A stretch of DNA of 64,000 nucleotides from Alphaproteobacteria bacterium (GTDB lineage Bacteria; Pseudomonadota; Alphaproteobacteria; Bin95), in NCBI GenBank assembly GCA_965205265.1, contig CBDBGH010000003.1, positions 3,328,001-3,392,000 on the forward strand, read 5' to 3'. A program made the position numbers and the translations under genes. The notes under the pieces were generated by a model. That model did not search any database. It was given only the letters and a program-made list of their open reading frames with translations, and had not been told where the DNA came from. Shown here piece by piece: positions 1-9,802 of this stretch (the stretch's first letter is position 1; each line of letters starts with the position of its first letter).

Positions 1-159
1 ATGCGGGTCGTCATGGCCGAAATGGTTCCGGACATCGACATCGACTTCCACGACGCGCGCCGCACCCGCAGCCAGGGCCAGCATGACCAGCAGGCTGACC
101 AGAACGGTCAGCCATCGCCGGCCCATGATGAGCGCTATGCAGGCGTCCATACTCAACAT
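1..159 (-). CDS. N-terminal part of a probable MMPL/RND-family membrane transporter (continues beyond window start)
   Basis: My translation of the minus strand from ATG at 159: MLSMDACIALIMGRRWLTVLVSLLVMLALAAGAARVVEVDVDVRNHFGHDDPH. One TM helix followed by a D..F..D.P motif resembles MMPL/RND N-termini. Not in the ORF track. Confidence 0.55.
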   Translation of the reverse strand, partial: MLSMDACIALIMGRRWLTVLVSLLVMLALAAGAARVVEVDVDVRNHFGHDDPH

Positions 160-383
160 GCTAGGCTGCCGAAACGCGTGATGGAGGAGAGGAGGCCGCC
201 CGCCGCGCCGGCGACAGCGTGGCGAGAGCGGAGAGGAAGTCCGGTGCCGACCGCATTTCCGGAACAGTGTCCCAGCCTCCGTCTCCGTTGTCCATCCGCC
301 TCTCGGACCCGACGATGATCCGGGTTCAAACCGGCAGGACTATGCTCTAACTTCAGGCGACTGTGCTTGGGGAAGCTCCGCAC

Positions 384-1904
384 ATGCCGGGCGGAAATGT
401 CCTTCTGGAGGCGCGCGGCATCGTCAAGAGCTTTGGCGGCCTGGCCGCGAACGACCGTATCGACCTCACCGTGCATTCCGGCGAGATTCATGCGCTGCTC
501 GGCGAGAACGGCGCCGGGAAGTCGACCCTTGTAAAAATTCTTTACGGCTCGCTCCAGCCGGATGCGGGCTCTGTGAGCTGGGAAGGCCGGCCGGCGGCCG
601 TCGGCAACCCGGCCGAAGCGCGTGCGCTCGGCATTGGAATGGTCTTCCAGCATTTCTCGCTGTTCGAGGGGCTGACCGTCGCCGAGAACATTGCGCTGGC
701 GCTGCCGCCGGATGCTGCGGGACGCGGGCTTGCCGCAGATGTACGAACGGTCTCCGAGTCCTACGGCCTGCCGCTCGACCCGGCGGCGCGGGTGGCCAGC
801 CTGCCGGTGGGCGTGCGCCAGCGCATCGAGATCGTCCGCTGCCTGCTGCAGCGCCCGCGGCTGCTCATCATGGACGAGCCGACCTCCGTGCTGACGCCGC
901 AGGAAGCCGAACGGCTGTTCGAGACCCTGCGCCGGCTCGCGGAAGAGGGTTGCGCAGTGCTCTATATCAGCCACCGGCTCGAAGAGGTCCGCCAGCTCTG
1001 CCACACCGCAACCGTGCTCCGCCACGGTCAGGTCGTCGGCCGTCCCGACCCGAAGACGGCGACCACCGCCGAGCTCGCCCGGCTGATGGTCGGCGCCGAT
1101 GTCGAAGGCGTCGGCGACGGCCCGGGCAAGCCTGTCGCGCACGGTCCTGTGCGCCTCACCGTTCGCAACCTCTCGCACAAAGCCCGCACGCCCTTCGGAA
1201 TCTCGCTCGAAGACATCTCGCTTGAAGTCCACGGCGGCGAGATCGTCGGGGTCGCCGGCGTGGCCGGCAACGGCCAGGACGAGCTGTTTGCGGCGCTTTC
1301 GGGCGAAGCGCCCGCCTCCGACGAGGCCGCCGTCGAGATAGACGGGAAGCCCTGCGGACGGGCAGGACCGCGGATGCGGCGGCGCCTGGGTGCGGCCTTC
1401 ATCCCTGAGGAGCGGCTCGGCCATGCCGCCGTGCCGGGAATGCGCCTTTCCGAGAATGCCGTCCTCACCCGGCACGGCACAGATCCGGATGTGGCGGTCG
1501 GCGGGCTCCTGCGTCTGGGGCGCGCACGGCGTCTTGCCGAGCGCATTGTCGGCCGCTTCGACGTTCGCGCGCCGCCCGGGGACCCGGAAGCGAAGGCGCT
1601 CTCCGGCGGAAACCTGCAGAAGTTCGTCGTCGGGCGCGAGCTCGACCGCATGCCGGGGGTGCTCGCCGTCAGCCAGCCGACCTGGGGCGTCGATGTCGGC
1701 GCGGCGACCGAGATCCGCCGCGAGCTCGCCGTGCTGGCGCGCAGCGGCGCAGCCGTTCTCGCCATCAGCCAGGACCTCGACGAGATTTTCGAGATTTCCG
1801 ACCGCATCGCCGTGATCTCGCGGGGCCGGCTGTCGCCGGCGGTCCCGACGGGCGAGACGAGCCGGGAGGCGACCGGCCTCCTCATGGGCGGCGCAGGGGA
1901 CTGA
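384..1904 (+). CDS. ABC transporter ATP-binding protein (CUT2/nucleoside-purine type, two ABC domains)
   Basis: Walker A GENGAGKST, DEPTSVLT, LSGGNLQKF; ATG at 384 follows GGGGAAG. Confidence 0.93.
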   Translation: MPGGNVLLEARGIVKSFGGLAANDRIDLTVHSGEIHALLGENGAGKSTLVKILYGSLQPDAGSVSWEGRPAAVGNPAEARALGIGMVFQHFSLFEGLTVAENIALALPPDAAGRGLAADVRTVSESYGLPLDPAARVASLPVGVRQRIEIVRCLLQRPRLLIMDEPTSVLTPQEAERLFETLRRLAEEGCAVLYISHRLEEVRQLCHTATVLRHGQVVGRPDPKTATTAELARLMVGADVEGVGDGPGKPVAHGPVRLTVRNLSHKARTPFGISLEDISLEVHGGEIVGVAGVAGNGQDELFAALSGEAPASDEAAVEIDGKPCGRAGPRMRRRLGAAFIPEERLGHAAVPGMRLSENAVLTRHGTDPDVAVGGLLRLGRARRLAERIVGRFDVRAPPGDPEAKALSGGNLQKFVVGRELDRMPGVLAVSQPTWGVDVGAATEIRRELAVLARSGAAVLAISQDLDEIFEISDRIAVISRGRLSPAVPTGETSREATGLLMGGAGD

Positions 1905-1909
1905 AGAGC

Positions 1910-2998
1910 ATGCGAGTCGAACTGCGGCAGCGGAGCGAAGATTCGCGCGTCATGGTCTGGCTTTCGCCGCTGCTGACCCTTGCGCTGACGCTCGCGTTCG
2001 GCAGCATCCTGTTCGCCGCCCTCGGTTACGACCCCCTCCAGGCGCTCCACGTCTATTTCATCAAGCCGCTCACCGAGGCCTGGTCGCTGGAGGAAATCGT
2101 CGTCAAGGCGACGCCGCTCGCGCTCATCGGCGTCGGGCTTGCCGCGGCGTTCCGCACCAATGTCTGGAATATCGGCGCGGAAGGGCAATACACGGTGGGC
2201 GCCATCTGCGGGTCGATCCTGCCGGTCATGATGCCCGGACTTCAGGGCCCGCTGGTCCTTCCGGCCGTGCTGGTGTGCGGCGTGCTGGGCGGCATGGCCT
2301 GGGCGGCCATACCCGCCTTCTTCCGCGTCCGCTTCGGCGCCAGCGAAATCCTGACCTCGTTGATGCTGGTCTATGTCGCGCAGCTTCTTCTGGACTGGCT
2401 GGTGCGCGGCCCCTGGCGCGATCCGGAAGGGTACAATTTCCCCGAATCGCGGCTCTTCGAGGCCGACGCGGTGATACCGGCGCTGGCCGGACGGATGCAT
2501 TTCGGCACGATACTCGCCCTCGTCGCCGTCGCAGCGCTGGCCGTCGTCCTCGGGCGCACCCTCAAGGGCTTCGAGTTCCGGGTGGTCGGCGCGGCGCCGC
2601 GCGCGGGAGCGTTCGCCGGCTTCTCCGAGCGCCGGTCGATCATGGCCGTGCTGGCCATCTCCGGCGGCCTCGCCGGTCTTGCCGGCATCGCGGAGGTATC
2701 GGGCACGATCGGGCAGCTTCACCCGTCGATCTCGCCGGGCTACGGCTTTACGGCCATCATCGCCGCATTCCTCGGGCGGCTGAATCCCATAGGCGTGCTG
2801 TTCGCCTCGCTGCTGCTGGCGCTGACCTATATCGGCGGCGAGTCGGCCCAGGTCTCGCTCGGCGTCTCCGACAAGATCGCCCGCGTCTTCCAGGGCGCCA
2901 TCCTGATCTTCGTTCTGGCCTGCGACGTCTTCATCCGCTATCGCCTGCACTTCCTGCCGTTGCGTCGGCCGGCCGCGGGCACGGAGGATGCGCCGTGA
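1910..2998 (+). CDS. ABC transporter permease (BPD_transp_2)
   Basis: Hydrophobic; WNIGAEGQ and GYGFTAIIAAFLGRLNP motifs. Confidence 0.92.
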   Translation: MRVELRQRSEDSRVMVWLSPLLTLALTLAFGSILFAALGYDPLQALHVYFIKPLTEAWSLEEIVVKATPLALIGVGLAAAFRTNVWNIGAEGQYTVGAICGSILPVMMPGLQGPLVLPAVLVCGVLGGMAWAAIPAFFRVRFGASEILTSLMLVYVAQLLLDWLVRGPWRDPEGYNFPESRLFEADAVIPALAGRMHFGTILALVAVAALAVVLGRTLKGFEFRVVGAAPRAGAFAGFSERRSIMAVLAISGGLAGLAGIAEVSGTIGQLHPSISPGYGFTAIIAAFLGRLNPIGVLFASLLLALTYIGGESAQVSLGVSDKIARVFQGAILIFVLACDVFIRYRLHFLPLRRPAAGTEDAP

Positions 2999-3915
2999 CC
3001 GGTTTCGAGGCGGTCATCCTCACCATCGTCACGGCGGCAACGCCGCTGCTGATCGCGGCGCTCGGCGAACTCGTGACGGAGCGCTCGGGCGTCCTCAATC
3101 TTGGCGTCGAAGGCATGATGATCGTCGGCGCCGTGACCGGCTTCGCCGGTGCACAACTGACCGGCTCCCCCTATCTGGGCGTCATCGCCGCCATGGCGGG
3201 CGGCATGGCGCTTTCCAGCCTGTTCGCCTTCCTGGTGCTGCGGCTTGCAGCCAATCAGGTGGCGTCCGGACTGGCGCTCACGCTGCTGGGTCTCGGGTTT
3301 TCCGGCATGATCGGGGAGGCCTTCATCGGCCAGCCCGGCCTCAGGCTCGAACGCATCGACATACCGTTCCTGACGGACCTGCCCGTCGTCGGCACCCTGG
3401 TGTTCGGGCAGGACCCTCTGGTCTATGCGTCGGTGGCGCTTGCAGTCTGCGTCTCCCGGTTCCTGTTCCGCACGCGCGCCGGGCTGGCGCTGCGCGCTGT
3501 CGGCAACAATCACGGCTCCGCTCACATGCTCGGCGTCCATGTCATCCGCACCCGCTTCCTGGCCGTGCTGTTCGGCGGCGCCTGCTCCGGGCTGGCCGGC
3601 GGCTATCTCTCGCTCGCCTACACGCCCCAATGGGTCGAGGGCATGACGGCGGGACGGGGATGGATCGCGCTGGCGCTGGTCGTGTTCGCCAGCTGGATGC
3701 CGTTGCGCGCGGCGGTCGGCGCCTATCTTTTCGGCGGCGCGCTCATACTGCAATTCCATGCACAGGCGGAAGGAATCCCGCTGCCGTCGCAGTTCCTTTC
3801 GGCACTGCCTTACCTTGCGACGGTCGCGGCGCTGGTGATACTCTCGCGCGACCAATGGAGGGCGAGAAACGACTCGCCGGCATGTCTCGGACAGGTCTTC
3901 GTCCCCGACCGGTAG
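2995..3915 (+). CDS. ABC transporter permease (BPD_transp_2)
   Basis: GTG at 2995 overlaps the previous stop (GTGA); ERSGVLNLGVEGMM and GRGWIALALVVF motifs. Confidence 0.92.
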   Translation: MTGFEAVILTIVTAATPLLIAALGELVTERSGVLNLGVEGMMIVGAVTGFAGAQLTGSPYLGVIAAMAGGMALSSLFAFLVLRLAANQVASGLALTLLGLGFSGMIGEAFIGQPGLRLERIDIPFLTDLPVVGTLVFGQDPLVYASVALAVCVSRFLFRTRAGLALRAVGNNHGSAHMLGVHVIRTRFLAVLFGGACSGLAGGYLSLAYTPQWVEGMTAGRGWIALALVVFASWMPLRAAVGAYLFGGALILQFHAQAEGIPLPSQFLSALPYLATVAALVILSRDQWRARNDSPACLGQVFVPDR

Positions 3916-3990
3916 GGGCCACCTTTCCCCGGTGTTCCCGACTGGCCGGAGACAGCAATACGGCCCGCGGGCCCAGTTGGAGAACAGGGA

Positions 3991-5055
3991 ATGTTGAGAG
4001 CTACCATCCTCGCCGCGTTCGCCGTGGCGCTGGCGCTTCCGGCGGCCCAGGCGGCCGATCCCGTCAAGGCGGCGTTCGTTTACGTGGGCCCGATCGGCGA
4101 CCATGGCTGGACCTACCAGCACGACCAGGGCCGCCTCGCCGTCGAGAAGGAGTTCGGCGACAGGGTCGAGACCCTCTATGTCGAGAACGTGGCGGAAGGC
4201 CCCGATGCCGAGCGCGCCATAGAGCGGTTCGCACGCGAGGGCGCGAACATCGTCTTCACCACCTCCTTCGGCTTCATGAACCCGACGATCAAGGTCGCCA
4301 AGCGTTTTCCGGACGTGAAGTTCGAGCATGCCACCGGCTACAAGCGCGCCGACAATGTGGCGACCTATTCCGCGCGCTTCTATGAGGGCCGCTACATTAT
4401 CGGCCAGATCGCCGCGAAGATGTCGAAATCCGGAATTGCCGGCTATGTGGCTTCCTTCCCGATCCCGGAAGTGGTGCGCGGCATCAACTCCTTCCTGCTG
4501 GGCGCCCAGTCCGTCAATCCGGACTTCAAGCTCAAGATCATCTGGGTGAACACGTGGTTCGACCCCGGCAAGGAAGCCGATGCGGCCAAGGCGCTGATCG
4601 ACCAGGGCGCCGATATCGTCACCCAGCACACCGACAGCCCGGCGCCGATCCAGATCGCCGGCGAGCGCGGCGTCCACGGCTTCGGCCAGGCCTCCGACAT
4701 GGATGCGTTCGCGCCCGCCGCCCACTACACCGCGATCATCGACGACTGGAGCGCCTACTATATCGCCCGCGTGAAGGCGGTGCTCGACGGCACATGGGAG
4801 TCGGGCGACGTGTGGGGCGGCTTCGACGCCGACATGGTGGTCATGGCCCCCTATACCGACCTGCCGGAGGATGTCGCGGCCGACGCCGCCGCAATGGAGG
4901 CGAAGATCCGCTCGGGCGAATTCCATCCATTCACCGGCCCGATCCACGATCAGGACGGCAAGCTCCGCGTCGCCGAGGGCGAGCGAGCCGATGACGGCAT
5001 GCTGCTCGGCATGAACTGGTATGTGAAGGGCGTTGACGACAAGCTGCCCCAGTAG
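3991..5055 (+). CDS. BMP-family ABC substrate-binding protein (purine/nucleoside)
   Basis: Signal peptide; FVYVGPIGDHGWTYQH, TTSFGFM, WFDPGKE, QHTDS motifs. Confidence 0.93.
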   Translation: MLRATILAAFAVALALPAAQAADPVKAAFVYVGPIGDHGWTYQHDQGRLAVEKEFGDRVETLYVENVAEGPDAERAIERFAREGANIVFTTSFGFMNPTIKVAKRFPDVKFEHATGYKRADNVATYSARFYEGRYIIGQIAAKMSKSGIAGYVASFPIPEVVRGINSFLLGAQSVNPDFKLKIIWVNTWFDPGKEADAAKALIDQGADIVTQHTDSPAPIQIAGERGVHGFGQASDMDAFAPAAHYTAIIDDWSAYYIARVKAVLDGTWESGDVWGGFDADMVVMAPYTDLPEDVAADAAAMEAKIRSGEFHPFTGPIHDQDGKLRVAEGERADDGMLLGMNWYVKGVDDKLPQ

Positions 5056-6400
5056 CGGCCCGCCCGCCCGGAATGGCGTCGACGCCGTCGTTCTGGGCCG
5101 CCTGATCGACTTTTCCGGCGACCCGGCCGCGCTCGGCCGGGCCGCCGTCCGCGATAGTCCGGGCGGCGCGCTCGCGCTCCGCGGGGAGCGCATCGCCTGG
5201 GCAGGCGCAGCCAACGACCTGCCGGTGGAATTCGAGGCGGCGCCGCGGCGGGACTACGGGTCGTGCTTGATCCTGCCGGGCTTCGTCGATCCGCATGTCC
5301 ACTTCCCGCAATACCGCATTGTCGCCGCAGGAGGCCGCGGCCTTCTGGACTGGCTCGACCGCTTCGCCTTCCCCGAAGAAGCGCGCTATGCGGACGGGGA
5401 CCATGCCGCGGCCGCGGCCGAGACGTTCCTCGACCTCCTTCTGGCCCACGGCACGACGGCCGCGCTCGTCTTCTCCACCGTCCACGAGGAGGCCGCCGAC
5501 CGGCTCTTCGCGGCTGCCTGGCGCCGCGGCATGGCGCTCGCCGCCGGCAAGACCCTCATGGACCGGGGCGCGCCCGCGGCGCTCCGCGACGATGCCGAGA
5601 GCGGGCTCCGCGCGAGCGAGCGGCTCCATGCCCGCTGGCACAGACGGGGAAGGCTGCGCTACGCCGTCTCGCCCCGCTTCGCCATCACATCGGGGGCGGC
5701 GCAGCTCGCGGCGGTCGGTGAGTTCCTGGAGAGCCATCCCGACGCGTTGATGCAGACGCATCTTTCCGAGACGCCGGAGGAAATCGCCGAGGTCGCCCGC
5801 CTGTTCCCGGACGCCGCCGACTACACCGATGTTTACGACCGCTTCGGCCTGCTCGGGCCGACGAGCCTGTTCGCGCACGGGGTCCACCTTTCAGCGCGCG
5901 AGCGCGAGCGGCTCGGCGAGGCCGGCTCGGCAGTGGTCCACTGCCCCACCTCGAACGCCTTTCTGGGCTCGGGCCTGTTCGATATCGGGCCCTATTCGCC
6001 GGCAGCCGGGGCCGCCGCGCCGCGCCTGGCGGTCGCCACAGACATCGGCGGCGGCACAAGCTATTCGCTTCCCGCGACCCTGGGCGCGGCCTACCGGACG
6101 GCGCAGCTCCGGGGCAGGCGGCTTGCGCCGGAACGCGCCTTCTACCTTGCAACGCTGGGCAATGCCGAAGCGCTCGGCATGGAGCGCGAAATCGGGCGGC
6201 TGGAGCCGGGCTTCTTCGCCGATCTTGTCGTGCTCGACCCGTGCGCGACGCCGCTTCTGGCTGCGCGCGAGGCGCTCAGCGAAACGCTCGCCGACACGCT
6301 GCTCGCGCTGATGATCCTGGGCGACGACCGCATTGTGCGCGCAAGCTGGGTCGCAGGGCGGCGACTGCACCCGAAGCCGGACGACGGTCCGGCAGGCTGA
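5033..6400 (+). CDS. guaD: Guanine deaminase (start uncertain)
   Basis: PGFVDPHVHFPQ, LLDWL..FAFPEE, PRFAITS, QTHLSE, HCPTSNAFLGSGLF, TDIGGGTSYS, ILGDDR; next to a purine ABC transporter. Confidence 0.9.
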   Translation: MTTSCPSSGPPARNGVDAVVLGRLIDFSGDPAALGRAAVRDSPGGALALRGERIAWAGAANDLPVEFEAAPRRDYGSCLILPGFVDPHVHFPQYRIVAAGGRGLLDWLDRFAFPEEARYADGDHAAAAAETFLDLLLAHGTTAALVFSTVHEEAADRLFAAAWRRGMALAAGKTLMDRGAPAALRDDAESGLRASERLHARWHRRGRLRYAVSPRFAITSGAAQLAAVGEFLESHPDALMQTHLSETPEEIAEVARLFPDAADYTDVYDRFGLLGPTSLFAHGVHLSARERERLGEAGSAVVHCPTSNAFLGSGLFDIGPYSPAAGAAAPRLAVATDIGGGTSYSLPATLGAAYRTAQLRGRRLAPERAFYLATLGNAEALGMEREIGRLEPGFFADLVVLDPCATPLLAAREALSETLADTLLALMILGDDRIVRASWVAGRRLHPKPDDGPAG

Positions 6401-6409
6401 CCACGCGCG

Positions 6410-7072
6410 TCAGCAATCCGCCGCGTCGTCGCCGTCCTGCCGCATCGCATGGCCCAGTGCCGGGGCGTCGATCCTGCGGCGAAGCTGGTCGCGCGCATCG
6501 CGCCAGCGGAAGCGGATCGAGTTCATGACGATTTCCCGGTCGAGTTCCTTGTATTCGTCGATGACCGGCGCAAAGCGGACCAGATCCGCCTCGCTGCCGG
6601 AGAAGGCCTGCCGGCCTTCCGCCGCTGCCGGCCAGTCGGTGGCCCCGACCCGGAGATCGAACCGCTCCAGCGCTTCCGCGGGCACCGGGCCTGCGCCGGC
6701 ATCCGCCAGACTCCGCTCGGCCGCCTGGCGGAAACAGCGCTGAGCCAGCACCGCTGCGCCGCCAGGCGGCAGGGCCCTCTCCCTTTCGCAGAGCGCCGCC
6801 GCAAACACCGTCAGATCCGCGAGACAGGAGAGAAACAGCTTCACGGACGCCATCCGAATCGAGGCCGAGAAGGTGTCGTCCTCGAAATAAATCCGGAAGC
6901 TCGTGCCCATTCGCGTCTTCAGATAACCGTAGAGCGAGGTCTGCGCGACATAAGAGGAGCGGGTGCGCAGAAAGGCGGCGAGCCTCTCCGGCGTATCCAG
7001 CTTGTGGCGCTCGAAACGCGGCCCGAGTCTTTCCACAATTGTCGCGAGACCGCGGATGCTCTTGCGCAACAT
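6410..7072 (-). CDS. Conserved-looking hypothetical protein
   Basis: 220-aa ORF with normal codon pattern (YVAQTSLYGYLKTRMG...NSIRFRW), divergent from the symporter cluster. Confidence 0.7.
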   Translation of the reverse strand: MLRKSIRGLATIVERLGPRFERHKLDTPERLAAFLRTRSSYVAQTSLYGYLKTRMGTSFRIYFEDDTFSASIRMASVKLFLSCLADLTVFAAALCERERALPPGGAAVLAQRCFRQAAERSLADAGAGPVPAEALERFDLRVGATDWPAAAEGRQAFSGSEADLVRFAPVIDEYKELDREIVMNSIRFRWRDARDQLRRRIDAPALGHAMRQDGDDAADC

Positions 7073-7227
7073 AACCGCTTTTTCCGGTTCACATGCAAAC
7101 GAATCTCGACTATAGGCGATTCTGGCTCCGTGCGGCGTCCCCGGTTCCAGGACAAAATCCGAAGCGTCGAACGGAAAGGCCGGGGAGACACACGCACTAA
7201 TCGAGAAAAGGAAGGGGAGAGAGACGC

Positions 7228-7491
7228 ATGGCGGAAGTTAGCGCCGAAACTCGGCAAGCGCACTGGAGGAAAACCTCCACCCTAACCTATGTGATCCTGG
7301 CGCTATGGTTCCTGTTCGGATATGTGGTGCCATGGTTCGCCAAGGAACTCGATGCGGCGTCCTTCCTCGGGTTCCCGCTCGGCTACTACTTCATCGTGCA
7401 GGGCTCGCTGATCATCTTCGTGCTGTTGATCGTTGTCCAGAACATCTTCCAGGACAATATCGACGAAGAGCACGGGGTGGCCGAAGAGTAA
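7228..7491 (+). CDS. DUF4212 small membrane subunit of a Na+/solute symporter
   Basis: Two TM helices; FLGFPLGYYF..QGS motif; directly upstream of an SSS gene. Confidence 0.88.
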   Translation: MAEVSAETRQAHWRKTSTLTYVILALWFLFGYVVPWFAKELDAASFLGFPLGYYFIVQGSLIIFVLLIVVQNIFQDNIDEEHGVAEE

Positions 7492-7503
7492 GGGGAGCGG
7501 CTG

Positions 7504-9321
7504 ATGAACACACAAGCGCAAGGCACGAGGTTCGTCGACAGGCTGGGGAAGGTGTACGCGCTGTACACGCTGGGCTTCCTCGCCTTCTTCGCCCTCATGG
7601 CCATTATCGAGCAGTTCGGCGTCGGCGCCAGGACCATCGGCGTGCTGTTCCTGCTCTTCACCCTCGCGATCTACGCCACCATCGGCTGGCTGTCGCGCAC
7701 CATGCAGGTGGATGCCTATTACGTTGCGGGCCGGGAGGTCCCGGCGCTCTACAACGGCATGGCCACGGCGGCGGACTGGATGTCCGGCGCGTCCTTCGTG
7801 GCGCTTGCCGGCGGCATCTATTTCGGCGGCTACCCCTATCTCGGCTTCGTGATCGGCTGGACCGGGGGATACGTGCTGGTCAATGCGCTGATGGCGCCCT
7901 ATCTGCGCAAGTTCGGCTGCTACACGGTGCCCGACTTCATCGGCACCCGCTACGGCGGCAACCTTGCGCGGTTCTGCGCGGTCTTCGTCCTCGTGGTCGC
8001 GTCCTTCACCTATGTGACGGCGCAGATCAACGCCACGGGCACGATCGCCGCCCGGGCGCTCGACATTCCGTTCGAGGTCGGCGTGTGGTTCGGCCTGCTG
8101 GGCATCCTGCTCTGCTCCATGCTGGGCGGCATGCGCGGCGTGACCTGGACGCAGGTGGCGCAGTACATCGTGCTCATCATCGCCTATCTGGTGCCGTTGA
8201 TCTGGATGTCGAACGAACAGGGCTTCGGCATCATCCCGCATTTCGGCTACGGCGACGCGGCGCAGCGAATCCAGGAACTGGAAGCGCAATACGGACTGCA
8301 GCCGGCGGCCGAGGCCGTGGCGGGGCTGAGAGTGCTGACGACGCCGCACTTCGACCCGCAGACCTCGCTCGACAGCTGGAAGTTCGTCACGCTCGCGCTC
8401 GCCATGATGGCCGGCACGGCGTCGCTGCCGCACATCCTGATGCGGTATTTCACGACGCCGTCGGTGCGCCAGGCGCGCAAGTCGGTCGGCTGGTCGCTGT
8501 TCTTCATCTTCCTGCTGTATTTCTCGGCGCCGGCGCTCGCTACGCTGACGAAGCTGCAGCTGCTGGACCCGACGCTTGCAACCGCGGTGGTCGGCAAGGC
8601 GGTGGAGGACGTGATGGCGCTCGAGTGGATCCAGAACTGGGCCCATGTCGGCATGCTCGCCGTGCAAGACCAGAACGGCGACGGTATCGTGCAGCTGAAC
8701 GAGTTCTTCATGCGGCCCGACATCGTTGTGCTGGCCACGCCCGAGATCGCCGGCCTGCCCTATGTGATCTCCGGCCTGGTCGCAGCAGGCGGCATGGCGG
8801 CGGCCATGTCCACCGCCGACGGGCTGCTGCTGGCGATCGCCAATGCGCTCAGCCACGATCTCTACTACAAGATCATCGACCCGCAGGCCGATACGCGCCG
8901 CCGCCTGGTGGTGGCCCGCGTGTTGCTGGTCGGCATCGGCGCGCTGGCGGCCCTGGTGGCTTCGCTGCAGCTCACCGGCATCCTGGGCGCGGTGGCATGG
9001 GCCTTCTGCTTCGCCAACTCGGGGCTGTTCTTCCCCCTTGTGCTCGGCATCTGGTGGAAGAGGGCCAACCGGGAGGGCGCCATCGCCGGCATGATCGCCG
9101 GCTTCGCGGCGGGCTCCATCTACCTCTGGTGGACCTATACCACCGGCGAAACCTGGCTTGGCCTCGACCATCTGCGCTTCGGCATCGTCGGTATGCCGGT
9201 CTCGCTGGTGGCCATGGTGGTGGTGTCGCTGATGACACCGGAGCCGGATGCGGAAACGCAGGCCATGGTGGACGAAACCCGTATCCCGACGGGCGATTCC
9301 ATCCTGGCCGAGACGCATTGA
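7504..9321 (+). CDS. Sodium:solute symporter (VC_2705/ActP-like family)
   Basis: NGMATAADWMSGASF, GGMRGVTWTQVAQY, GTASLPHILMRYFT, AAAMSTADGLLL. Confidence 0.93.
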   Translation: MNTQAQGTRFVDRLGKVYALYTLGFLAFFALMAIIEQFGVGARTIGVLFLLFTLAIYATIGWLSRTMQVDAYYVAGREVPALYNGMATAADWMSGASFVALAGGIYFGGYPYLGFVIGWTGGYVLVNALMAPYLRKFGCYTVPDFIGTRYGGNLARFCAVFVLVVASFTYVTAQINATGTIAARALDIPFEVGVWFGLLGILLCSMLGGMRGVTWTQVAQYIVLIIAYLVPLIWMSNEQGFGIIPHFGYGDAAQRIQELEAQYGLQPAAEAVAGLRVLTTPHFDPQTSLDSWKFVTLALAMMAGTASLPHILMRYFTTPSVRQARKSVGWSLFFIFLLYFSAPALATLTKLQLLDPTLATAVVGKAVEDVMALEWIQNWAHVGMLAVQDQNGDGIVQLNEFFMRPDIVVLATPEIAGLPYVISGLVAAGGMAAAMSTADGLLLAIANALSHDLYYKIIDPQADTRRRLVVARVLLVGIGALAALVASLQLTGILGAVAWAFCFANSGLFFPLVLGIWWKRANREGAIAGMIAGFAAGSIYLWWTYTTGETWLGLDHLRFGIVGMPVSLVAMVVVSLMTPEPDAETQAMVDETRIPTGDSILAETH

Positions 9322-9347
9322 CGGCAGACCGGCCTTCAGGCGCTGAC

Positions 9348-9373
9348 GGAGGCGGGGCTTCGGCCCCGCCTCC
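9348..9373 (+). terminator. GC-rich hairpin with UUCG tetraloop (terminator or mRNA-stabilising element; no U-tract)
   Basis: GGAGGCGGGGC-TTCG-GCCCCGCCTCC, perfect 11-bp stem just after the symporter stop. Confidence 0.6.
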
Positions 9374-9405
9374 AGCCGCGCCGGCACCTCTTTCAGCGAG
9401 GCGGC

Positions 9406-9768
9406 ATGGATAGCCTCGCGCATACGCTGCCCGGCTGGGTGGTGCTTTTCGACTACGTTCTCGGCATAGCGATGTGGACCCTGGTCGGCCGCTCCGCCAT
9501 GAACATCTTTCTTCCCGTCACCTCCGACTTCTTCTTCATGAAGGCCTTCGTGAAGATGACGGACCCGATCCTGCGCGTCTTCAAGCCGGTGACGCCGGGC
9601 TTCCTGATCGACCCCGTCGTGCCGCTCTATGTCGCCTGGTTCTTCTTCCTGTTCCGCTTCTACGCCATGCCCTGGCTTCTCGGCTATTCGGTGCTCGGCA
9701 TGCTCTCCTTCCCGCTCGAAGGCGAGGTCGCCGCCATGCTCTACGACATCTTCGGCAGCGGCCTGTAG
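9406..9768 (+). CDS. YggT-like membrane protein
   Basis: Hydrophobic 120 aa with TDPILRVFKPVTP, the YggT-type TDP motif. Confidence 0.7.
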   Translation: MDSLAHTLPGWVVLFDYVLGIAMWTLVGRSAMNIFLPVTSDFFFMKAFVKMTDPILRVFKPVTPGFLIDPVVPLYVAWFFFLFRFYAMPWLLGYSVLGMLSFPLEGEVAAMLYDIFGSGL

Positions 9769-9802
9769 GGGCGTTCTTTCGGCGTCGGGAAGAGGAACCG
9801 CA

